From: Craspedostauros australis
Taxonomy: Eukaryota
DNA length: 48,720 nt
Direction of reading: 5' to 3'
Assembly: GCA_030167865.1 (NCBI GenBank)
Contig: JALAGF010003500.1
Span: 1-48,720, forward strand
The notes below the pieces were generated by a model. It was given only the letters and a program-made list of their open reading frames with translations. It made no database searches and was not told the DNA's origin. Made by a program: the position numbers and the translations under genes. Numbering within the stretch: the first letter of the stretch is position 1; each line of letters opens with the position of its first letter. Shown here piece by piece: positions 1-10,369 of this stretch.

Positions 1-194
1 ACATCGTGGAAGGTCTTCATGAACATGCGGCGAGAGAAGTTGAGCTCCTCGATGGTTGGCTCGTGGGCATGATCGACTTCGCTGTCGATGCCGAAGTGGG
101 CCTGGATACCGCAGGTGTATCCAGCGGCGTCAGCGAGTGGAGCGAAGGCGGATGCCATCATGGAGATGAGGGCGGTGGTGGCGATGAGCTTCAT
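1..194 (-). CDS. Partial gene (runs off window start): signal-peptide protein with ASAFAP motif, function unknown
   Basis: Not in the ORF track. Hand translation from ATG at 194 gives MKLIATTALISMMASAFAPLADAAGYTCGIQAHFGIDSEVDHAHEPTIEELNFSRRMFMKTFHD, with no stop before base 1. Strong C-ending codon bias; hydrophobic N-terminus. Confidence 0.8.
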   Translation of the reverse strand, partial: MKLIATTALISMMASAFAPLADAAGYTCGIQAHFGIDSEVDHAHEPTIEELNFSRRMFMKTFHD

Positions 195-1340
195 GTTTGG
201 GTGTTACTGAGATTGCTGCTTTAGTTGCTAGATGTTTGGATGTATTAGATCAGTTTGTGGCTGTTTCAGTTTTATGAGAGGTTGGGGAGAGGTTGGAGAT
301 TGAAGCGCTCCTTCTCGGTGTCTGTTGCCTGTTGCAGGCCTCATGGTGCAATACTGCAATAATGCAATGGTGTAGGAGTGTATCGCGTCAACTATTGCCA
401 TGCGCATTCATCGCTGTGCTCGTACGAGTAGGAAGGAGTAGGTTTCTCACAGGAGGTCCCACGGAATGCATCTTTTTTGGAAAAGTGAAGCACGGCGATG
501 GCATCGTTGGCCACAAGAGTGGGATGACATCCGCAGCAGTCGCAGCGACGGCGATGAAACGTCTGACCACTGTTGGTGCGCATTGACTTGCAGATGGGTT
601 GGGTTGGTGCGAGGGTTGTCGCCTCTCCTTCTTCGTTGTCATGGGTCGTGCCCACTGTTCTTCAACCACGACCGATGCATCGGCACAAGATGAGAGATGG
701 AGTGGTGGAGTGCTGACGTATCGGCATGTGGAAACGGGCTCGATGGCGGAACGTGTTGGGAACACGATCATCCGATCCACTGGCTTGGTTCGTACAATGC
801 GTCGCGCATTGTCCGACTGCGGTACTCAAGCGACCATGTCGCCGACTGGACTTTCCGTGGGATACCTCATGGCTTGCGATGGTTGTGAATGCAATTGTGA
901 TTGTGATTGTGATGATGGTATGTATGGCTGTCTTGGTGTTCCCTCCGTCACATCATCATTGTTGTTGTTCCCGTTGTGTCCGTTGAGTTGATGGGCAAAG
1001 ATCTCCTTTTCTGGCGCCAGTCCGAAGCGGACTTCCCACAAGAGAAGCTAATCAAGTACTGTCTTTTTCGAATCGGCCAGCCTCGACCATGTCGCACACG
1101 TGTCATAGTGGGATGTGCGGCAAAACATGTATTGATTCATAAATGGTACGAACGAATTGAGAACGCAAATCGCAAGTCACAAGATGGATCTCATCCGCTG
1201 GCAAGCATGGACAGATACATCTTTCTCAGCTGCTGTCGATCTCTTGTGTTGCCCATCCAATTTTGTGTTATGCTCAACAGTGGCAAGGAGATGTTAACAC
1301 ACCGCAATCCCCCTTCGCTGTCATCAAGACGAGGCAATCG

Positions 1341-2117
1341 TCACTGTCCGATTGAATCCAGATATACATCAGCTCCCCATCTCGCGTCGTTGCCGTAGTC
1401 AGATCGTTTGCCCTGTCGGAACACTGGATTCGCGACATCGTCATCCGTTGAGTTCAGTAGGTCGGCTTGAGAGTCTGGTTGCGTATTTGTCGCAGCAGGA
1501 GACCATTGCGGTGTGTTCGGCCGCGGTTGAGACGGCCGCTGGTTCGATCGGTCTTTGTTCCGTGTCCATGCGCTCTGACTCTTTGGAGTTCCTCTTCCCG
1601 TTTCGGCCGGATTTCCACTGTTCTGCTGCTGCTGCTGTTGTTGTTGCTGTTGATTATCTGAGTCTTTAGTTCCCAGGTTATTCAGGTAGCCACCCCACCG
1701 AGGATGTTGGTATCCTTCCCAGCCGGCCATGGGGTTGGACTTGCCGTACCACTCATCTGGCGCATCCTGGTGTTCGGCACCGTCATCAAGCATTGATGCT
1801 GATGTTGATTCTGATGCCGATACGTGGGGTGGCATCATCGCTGCCGCGGGTGGTGATTCTTGCGTAGATGTCGCTTCACTCCATGGTGTTGGCTGGGATG
1901 AATCCATTGCGACGCTTGCACAATCTGAGGAATCTGGCGACGAAAGAGCGTTGAGGTACTCGGCTGTCGACCGATATGTGGCAATGGAGACGTGATGCTC
2001 GGCCTCACCGTTGGCAGGTTGTTGCTTGAGAGAGGCGAGGTACGAGTTGGATGTGCTGAGTGCTGACGTGCCGCTGCATGTCATTGCTGCGATGAGGATC
2101 ATCATTATTGATGTCAT
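1341..2117 (-). CDS. Low-complexity secreted or plastid-targeted hypothetical protein with four YLxx(L/I) motifs (~258 aa)
   Basis: ORF 1341..2186. Likely start ATG 2117 (MTSIMMILIAAMTCSGTSA^LSTS, signal-peptide-like); upstream in-frame ATGs also exist. Ser/Ala/Pro/Gln-rich with a polyQ tract. Confidence 0.75.
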   Translation of the reverse strand: MTSIMMILIAAMTCSGTSALSTSNSYLASLKQQPANGEAEHHVSIATYRSTAEYLNALSSPDSSDCASVAMDSSQPTPWSEATSTQESPPAAAMMPPHVSASESTSASMLDDGAEHQDAPDEWYGKSNPMAGWEGYQHPRWGGYLNNLGTKDSDNQQQQQQQQQQNSGNPAETGRGTPKSQSAWTRNKDRSNQRPSQPRPNTPQWSPAATNTQPDSQADLLNSTDDDVANPVFRQGKRSDYGNDARWGADVYLDSIGQ

Positions 2118-3252
2118 GGTGGAGTTCTTTGGATCTCTCGATGCCCATGTTGGCATGGTAGCCATCATGGGTATCATTGTCAACATGTACGCTCAATACT
2201 CCTGGCGTGACGGACGAAGCAGCAAGTGTGATGTCGTAATGATTGTGATTCTGATTGTGGTGCGTTGGTAGCCATGGCTGTTGGTCCGAATGTGGAGATC
2301 GCAATGATGCGTTTGTGGATGATGTGTCCATGTGCGTTGCATCGGTGGTATCCTTTCGTTGTTGGATGTTCGTTGCGCGTTTTGCCGTGCAAAGAACTAA
2401 TGGAGGCACAGAACTCGACCCAAGAACAGATGCCTTTCTTGTGGTTGACGTCAGAAACGAACGGAAACAATGAAGAAGATGTGAAGGGACCAGATCGGGG
2501 ATCACGTCACACGCGCCATTTTCTACTTTGGAGTATCTCGACTTGTTGGATGACGTGAATGTTCTGTTTGTCCTGGTTTGGTGAAGATGTCGTGCGCGAG
2601 TACGAGAATAGTAAGCGGCCTTGCCTTAGTAGCTTTATGCAAAGTAGGTGTACTATACAAGTATTGTGCATGTCCCAAGGATGCACTTGCATGGGAGATG
2701 ATGTTCGTGAGATGCCACGTTGCGTCTCTTGTCCAATGTGTGTGCGAGAGAGAGAGGGCGCAGAGCGTCCGTACGCCTTTGACCCTTTCATTCGCAGGCT
2801 CTCTTTGTCTTTGGCGCTGTGCCATTCACTCCATGCGTGGGCCCAGTTTTGCTGTTTCCGACAAGATCCCAGCCTCTATTCGACCCGTGTGTCGAGCGAC
2901 GGACAAGCCATTCCCCGGAGTGTGTCTGGACAGGTGGCTGCTGCGATGTGCCTCTGACGATCTACACCTTTCTGGTTCTGGAGCGGGTCTGATCGAGTTC
3001 GTCGCCATGCGAATTGGTGTGGTGTTGTTGGTTCTGCTGCTTTCCGCCGCATCCTCTGTGTTTCCGTTTCATCGTATTGGCTCCGTGGATTGGCTCCGTG
3101 GATTGCTCCTCCGCCACGGCCTTCGATGAGAGGCGATGTTGGGCGTGCGGCGCGATGTTTTTTCCATGGCATGACACGAAATACCACGCTCTCTATCCCC
3201 TCTCCTTGATGCGTGTGTTCGAGGTGCATGATAAAGCGTCATCTCGCATCCA

Positions 3253-3951
3253 TCAATCCGAGAAACTGGAGGTACTCACATCGAGATCGGGAAGGATGGG
3301 TGGTTGTGATTCGATGTTGACCACCGAGGGCGTGGAGGATGGACTTCCTTCGGTGGCGGCTGCGATGCTGGCATTCCATCTGTCCTCCATCTCCGTTTCT
3401 TCCGTGACGTTGCTGGGGAGCTCGGTCTCGCAGGTCGGACAGCATCCATGACGTTTCAGCTCGTACAGCAGACATGATGAATGATACATGTGTCCGCATG
3501 GAAGGTACGTCACCGTGTCACGCACTTCGAACAGCTCGAAGCAGATGGAGCATCCCTTGCAGCCGTCGGGGATTCCGCGCAGCCGCAGATGCACGAGACC
3601 AGAGCTGTCCACGTCGTCCGTATCATCTGCGCGCCGTGCGGGAGTGCGCGGTGTGAGTGGCACGACGGGATCCTTGCGCGGGGTGTCGCAGACGCACGAT
3701 GAACACGTGTGATGGCTCGACGCTCTGCGTGGCATGGCGTCTCGCGAGCCTTTGACAGTGTGACGGATGGGGGTCATCACTGTCTCCGGGATGTAGCCGT
3801 CTGAGTGGCGCTTCTTCTGCCTGTGCATGCTTCGTGACATGAGGGCAGGTGTGGGGGAGACCAGCAATGATGGCGAAGGGGATGACGATGATGTGTGGTT
3901 GCTGCCATTCTTGAAGACGTTGCGTCGCGACAGTCGTTTCAGAAGACCCAT
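3253..3951 (-). CDS. RING-H2 finger protein (putative E3 ubiquitin ligase), ~232 aa
   Basis: C3H2C3 pattern CSIC-x-LPCGHMYHSSC-x-CPTC in ORF 3253..4140. Likely start MGLLKR at ATG 3951, downstream of a (TCAAC)n tract. Confidence 0.85.
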   Translation of the reverse strand: MGLLKRLSRRNVFKNGSNHTSSSSPSPSLLVSPTPALMSRSMHRQKKRHSDGYIPETVMTPIRHTVKGSRDAMPRRASSHHTCSSCVCDTPRKDPVVPLTPRTPARRADDTDDVDSSGLVHLRLRGIPDGCKGCSICFELFEVRDTVTYLPCGHMYHSSCLLYELKRHGCCPTCETELPSNVTEETEMEDRWNASIAAATEGSPSSTPSVVNIESQPPILPDLDVSTSSFSD

Positions 3952-3990
3952 GATGATGCTATTTTTGGCGATTGGTTGGTTGTTGTTATC

Positions 3991-4029
3991 GTTGAGTTGA
4001 GTTGAGTTGAGTTGAGTTGAGTTGAGTTG
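3991..4029. repeat. (GTTGA)n microsatellite, ~8 copies, just 5' of the RING gene start
   Basis: Read directly from the sequence. Confidence 0.95.
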
Positions 4030-6106
4030 TTGCCGTTGTCGAGTTGTTGATTTTGTGAGGCTGGGAAGCTGAGATGGATGAAAAGCTCGGATGTGGACAG
4101 AATTGCACACAGTGCGACGTGAAGAACTACAATGCGTCACGATGCAGCGCGATGCAACTCAGCCGGACACATCCCGGCCTGTGGAGTCTGTGTTGTGGTC
4201 CCCTTTGTCTTTCGCAAGATCAGTCTGGTGCAGACATGATAGGCTTCAACCTCGAATAGATTGCATTTTCTGTTTGGTGCCGGGAACTTGTTGTGATGCA
4301 AAACAATTGGTGTCAACTGAAGAACAATGCACGTCGCTATTTGCGTAGTTGAAACAGATTGTGGTCGTAGTTTCCAATCGCGCCCAACCAGTTTGTCGCG
4401 GCGAACCTTTCCGATTGCCTCCGGCAAATATTGCGCCTACTTCAGTACTGAATTGGCCAACCAAATTCATCGCGGAGAAACGTGTGCGACAACCAAACAC
4501 GAAAATTGAGCGCGAAGAACAACGACTACACGATTGTTGCATGTTTGCAAGAGTGCAACGTGCAACAACACGAAGAACAATCTGGCACAAGACACAATGC
4601 AGGCAAGAGTGCAGCCAATGTCATGGAAGCAACAGCGCAAGAGAGACGGATGAATGTGCCATCACCGCTCCGGCATCAGAAGAGGCGATGAGGCAGTGCG
4701 TCTGGTGGATCAGGTGATCGTTGTGATAAGACCTCTTTCGACTTCCCGTTTGATGATAAATTGGCCTCCCATCATTTTCAGACATTCAGCACCCGAGCGA
4801 GACAACGAGAACGGAACACTGGGGAGGCAGAGAGTGATGGGAGGCAGAATCATCAAGGCGGATCCGTGATCGGTGGTGTAGTCGTATTTCCCACCTCGTT
4901 GTGCTGGACAAATGATGATGGGTGCTGTTCAAAGGGAGGGTACGACCTAGTCCATAGTATGCGATGATGGAAGTGACACTGGAGCAACAGCAATGGCAAT
5001 CGTGATGACAGTGCCGACGGCTCGTCATGCCCTACGACTAGAGATCGTCCCATGGAAAGAACAATGAGAATGCAAAGCAAGAGCGTATGCATGCACGATC
5101 AACAATACATCCATTGTGGCGACAGCAAGCGCAACGACGATCACAAGGTTGGCATGCATCAGACAAATGACAAAACAAATTTCATCAATGCACCAATGCC
5201 TCACAAAGCTGCCTGGCATATGTACTCCAATACCCATGATGGCTACTCGTACATGTATGGTCATACGTACCTTAAATCTCCGTCAACATATCTCAAGTCG
5301 TCCCGCTGTCTCCTCGATCACAGCGCTCTGTGCACAAGCCATGGTGCCTCGGGTCTGCAGAAGTATGATTGGATGGTTGAGTGGTGTTGCGATGCATGAT
5401 GAGAGATGACAATGCCTCGGCTGTGTGTCTCCTGTCAGCGCATCTCCTGCAGGTGTGATGAATGAAATGATCATCGGCCGAATGGCCCAAGCCGACGAAG
5501 CACGGCGCATCCGTGCTGTTGCCAGAGAGCGGTCCTGGAACAAGAGCGAAAGTATGGAACAGACAAGTACAAACGACCCATGGATGTACGAGTACAAAGA
5601 GGCAGTCGCGACCATGACGGAGGAGCCGTCCATCTGCATCAAGCATAGATCGTATCAGCGCAAGGTCACCACGCTGCAGCATCATTGCCACCGTCATCAT
5701 TCCTTGCAGACGCAACTGTACCTGCTGGTGGAGGTATTGTTGGAATACTCGATGTCGCCTCCGAGGAGGAAGGCGGGTCGATCCGTGCCATCATTTCCGC
5801 AGCATCCCCTGGCATGGACCAAACAGATAACACGCAGCTGACGCCATGTATCGCATGAGCACCACATGGTTCATTCAGTTTCCACAGAATCGCTCCATAC
5901 TCCTCGTAATGTGATTGTCCACGCAGCACCCGTTCACAGGACAGGAACGCAAAGCAAACGCACGTGGGGGAAAAAAGAGACAGAGACACATTGATGTTCT
6001 AGTCAATGATTAACGCACTTCATCCTTGCAACCTGGCTCCAGGGTTGATCCATCGTCGCACCCCATGCATTCCCCCATTGGGCTTTTCCCACGATGCACG
6101 GCCCGT

Positions 6107-8675
6107 TCATATCACTGATTTCGGATTCTTGTCATCTGGTTTTGCTTTCGATGCCGCGGGTAGTATGTGGGCGTGCCTGTCACGACTTTCGAAGGGGCGT
6201 TTGGTGCCTGCGGTGGCTACGGCGGTAGCGGCGCTGGCAGGACGCTGAGCGCTTGCCATGTTGCTCGTGATTGATGCCAACGGTCTTTGTGGAATGATGT
6301 GCTGCTGCAAATTCATCGATGCGACTTGTGACAAATGCGACAGCAAGCTCGGAAGTCTCATCGGCGGCATGCCAGGTGCAGCTACCGCTGCTGCAGAGGC
6401 TGCGTCAGTTGCTGCGGCCGCTGCCGCCGCAGCAGCAGCATTGGGTGTGTTGGGAAGAAGCATTGGCAGTCCCATGGCCGGTGGCGCCGCAGGTGCTGCC
6501 ACAGCCACAGCTGCAGCAGGGGCGACTGGTGCTTCCGCCACTTTTCCAACCGTTGCTGCAGCTACCGGTATTGCGGCGGTTTGCGCTGCGAGCTTCTGTT
6601 GCATGACCTGGTGGTGCGCGAGAAGCTGATGAACCAGGGCAGCGAGTTGGTCGTATTCCGCGCTGAGAGTGACGAGCTTCCTGTTGCATTCCTCTCTCAC
6701 GCTTTGCAGTTTGTGGTCGAACTCCTGTGTCACGAGATGCAGCGTTTGCTGGCACTTCGTGAGCTCTGTTTTCAAGGTGTCCATGTCGTCCTTGGTTGTG
6801 TGCGGGTCGGATTTGGTGGCTCGTTTGATGTGGTGCAGCAGCTCTGGCCGATCCTTCTGGAACTTCTCGTGGTAAAACCGGACGTAGCACGAAGTTCGGG
6901 GATCCACGTCTGTCGTGAGGATTGGATCCGTTCTCAGCTTTCGAAAGCCTGATCCAAACGTTGCGTTCATCCGATCAGTTTAGAGCGGTTGTATCCGATG
7001 CACCATTGCAAGCAGAGGAGGCAGATGAGAGAGTGGCAAAGTACAAAATGTGAAAGTGTGAGACTTGCTCTCGTGAGACAAGAGGCGAGAATGGACCCAA
7101 GGCATCAAATAACTCGTACGCCTGTCGACGTGGCGCAAAGACGTATCCTTACCGTAGAAGTTCAGCTGTTTTGTTTGTTTGTTTGTTTGTTTGTTTGTTT
7201 GTTTGTTTGTGGAAGCCGAGAAGAACATGAAGGAAGAGATCCGCAAGGGAGGAGGAAGAGTGAATAAGCATTGATTCAAAGAACGACCATCTGACAGCAT
7301 ACGTTGCGCGTGGTACTGGCAACATGTCGAATTGAATACTCGGCGCAGATCCTCACATTCCGTGTGCGTTGCGGCTTGGCAGGCACAGTTCGTTCCAGCT
7401 CTCGCGTCACAAAGGAATGAGGGCATGCTTGTGCCAGATCAAAGCATTCTGGGTCACAGACTTACCTGACGTGCGAAGCTTGAAAAGTTGGAATGCTTGA
7501 AATACAGAGGCAACACGTTCTGTAGACGGGCCATGAAGACAAGGAAGAAGGCGTCAGCGTTACCGTGGGTGTGTTTGTGATTAAAGGAAGGGAAGAGCGT
7601 GATGGACGGTTGTGGAGAGGAAGAAATAGTAACCCTGAAGATGTGAGTGAGCGAACGACCGAACACAACATGGTTCGATACTTGGATGATTGCAGTTCGA
7701 ATAGTTCGGTGTCAAACGGATGAACAATAGATTCATAGAATGCCAAAAGATGACGAAAACAACCACGGAGCGTCGACATCCTGGCACGCGGAGTAATGCG
7801 CCCTGTTCGTACGTACACTTGCAAACTTCTCGACGTTCTTGACCACGAAGTTGTCTCCTGTCTCAGACCATGTGGCGACCTCGGTGTCGCATCGATCGAT
7901 CATGTGATAGGTCTCTTTGGATGTTGGCACACGGTGTTACGAGATGTGTGAAAAGACACTCATTTTCAGAGTAGAGGACGTGGGTTGTGAGCTGGGATGT
8001 TGTGAAAACTTGGTTGAAGGAGTCTCAAACCAATCGATGGCTGTACAGTCGGTTCAAAACGGCGGGGACACAAAGAGCACTGCGTGCAATGCTCTTCGTC
8101 GATACGATTGATCGCGACACAACCAACAGATTCCTTCATTGACTGACAACCACAAGGACGCACACTCGAACACACGATTTCTGCCACCGCATGTCTCGGT
8201 ACGTACTTGTGAGGAACATGGGCAGCTGATGTTGCTTGGGACACATGGCCTTGGAGCCGCTGCATCTGCGACTCGTGTGGCCTTTCCCAGCGGCGTCGGT
8301 GGAACTGCGCCGTTTGCCGGACTTGCGATGAGGCGTGGCGTCCGTTGCGGCGGAGGATGTTGCAGCCGACAAGCTGCAGAGGACGTCGCAGGTCATCCTA
8401 ACGTCCTGCGTTGTGTCATCCACGTCGTCGTGGGGATCCGGAACAGGAGCATCCGCATACTGAGCGTGCGCGTCGATTTCAGATGGAGTGTCGGCGGTGG
8501 GGCTCGGTTTGCGAGCTGCATCTTCTGTCCCAACGTTGTCTCCCAAAGGCAACGAAGGCGCCACATGACCGGCGGTTCCATTGTCTCTGTGTGCATCCTG
8601 AGGCTTGGCATCTTTGTTCGCATTGTCGCCGGGCCAGGCGTCTCCGTTGTTGCTTTTCTGGGAATCCTTCTCCAT
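6107..8675 (-). CDS. Heat shock transcription factor (here HSF-A), 5 exons, ~491 aa
   Basis: Exons 8675-8207, 7914-7817, 7519-7466, 7165-7153 and 6948-6107, all GT..AG and phase-compatible. They rebuild an HSF DNA-binding domain: [68 protein letters not shown]. This is followed by a heptad coiled coil and an Ala/Pro-rich tail. Confidence 0.93.
7170..7209. repeat. (TTTG)10 microsatellite, read as (CAAA)10 in the pre-mRNA directly before the microexon acceptor
   Basis: Read directly from the sequence; abuts the CAG acceptor at 7168-7166. Confidence 0.95.
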
Positions 8676-10369
8676 GATGCGATTGCCCGATACAAGCCTG
8701 CTGGAGTTCAGAGGACGAGAATGTTGTTAACTGTAGGTTGGGGCGGGCTGATGTATGTGTGTATGTATGTGTGCACTTGTGGATAAAGCAGAATGGTACG
8801 CTTTGGTCCCTTGTTCAGTGCCGTGTCGTGTTGAATTGCACTCTGCCTGCTTCCTTCTCCAGTCGATGACTGTCAACAGTTGAGTTACTCCGGTTGCTCT
8901 GGCTACTCTAGTTACTCGAGCACCAGCAGGTTCTTGGGTGCCTTGGCTGGTCGTTGATGAGGCTGAGGCTGTGGGTGAGACTGCTGCGGATGTACAATAA
9001 TAGGTGAAGACGCGCAGTCAACGAGTGTGGTGTTGCTTTCTGTGGGTGCTTCTGCGAATGCTGCTCGGGAGGAAGACGGAACGGTGAAGGCAACAGCAGG
9101 TATTTCGAAGAACAACCACGAAAGACGGGGTGAATTCAGACTTCGGCAAAGTTGGGGAGGAGTGCTCGGACACACCGATCTCGCTTCCTCAGTTGATGGG
9201 TTGGTGGCACGAATGCTTCAAGCGGTTTTCCCTACCCTGTTGCTCTTCCTTTTTCGCGTGAAGTCCTGTTGGCTGTTGCTTAGCTTGTTTCTGAAGGACG
9301 CAAAGATGTCAAAGATGGTGGCGAATGCTCCTGCGTTGGGACTTGTTGTTGTTGTTGCTGCTGTTGTTGCTACTGCTGCTATTGTTGTTGCTGTTGGTGG
9401 CGATTGGAGTGGAAGTGGGTGGCGGTCAGCACAGAGCAACGCTCCATGCACACACGAGTGACATGTGCTGCCGCTGTTGGTGGTGGGGATTGATGGAGTC
9501 TTGTTCGCGAAGTTGCCAACGATGCGATGCGTTGGGCGCGCTGCTTTCCGACATCTCCTCTTTGGTTCGTGGTCCAACACGCGAAGAAATCGTTCTGGTT
9601 GATGTTTGTAGAGCACCAGAAGTTCTTCGAACGACGATCTCTTTCTTCCTTCGAACACACCTGATGCTGGACAGACGGACAACGAAGAACAGTGACGTCG
9701 CACCCGGATCTGTCTCTTGATTCGCGGAGTGAAGTGATCATATTGTCTGATCGGTGTATGTGCAGTCATCTTCCGAATACCTTATCGCGCACAGCCATTC
9801 ATTAGTCGTGAATCGTGAGTCATGCCTGGCAAAGAAACACGACACAAAATTACGAAATGTCTCCGAAAACAAGAAGCGAAACAAACTCGCGAAGTTTTGG
9901 ACTGCCGAAAATGGAATGGCTTCCAAACCAGCCACCACCATCAACAAGGGTCAGCCATCTTGACTGCCATTCGTCTGTTGTGTGGAATACCCCAAGTGCT
10001 TGCAGGGTAGAGAGTAGAGCACTGTATGGTCCTCGCTATAGACTATGATACTCGTAGATGCGTGTTTGTTTTGGTTCTGTTTCTATTATATTAGAGTGGA
10101 GTGTTTTTGAATGTGCAAAAGTGGGTTTGGAGTTGTGTTTAAGTTGCCCTGGTGCCGTGGCGGCGGAAGGATTCATTGCTCTCCTAATCCCTGAGGTCAT
10201 GAGAATGAACCATCCGCGATCATGCACCAACTAAGATATTGCCGCGTGTGTGTGCTGTCGTTGCTGCTGCTAATCTCCCCCGTTCCTTCTGCCATGATGG
10301 CAAAGGGCCTTGAACCAGTTCGTTTGGGAGGGGGAGTGAGAGTGAGCAACAGACCACATCGGAAGGCAT

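Noticed and set aside
6..224. + strand 72-aa ORF
   Set aside because: Antisense shadow of the ASAFAP gene; it has the V/G/D/E-rich composition expected from C-ending codons on the other strand.
3076..3101. 13-bp tandem duplication ATTGGCTCCGTGG, with similar 10-15 bp doublets elsewhere
   Set aside because: Common slippage products throughout this window; no sign of function.
9600..9660. GAA/TTC-rich stretch upstream of HSF-A as a heat-shock element
   Set aside because: Spacing does not fit three alternating nGAAn units (GAAGTTCTTCGAA is off register).
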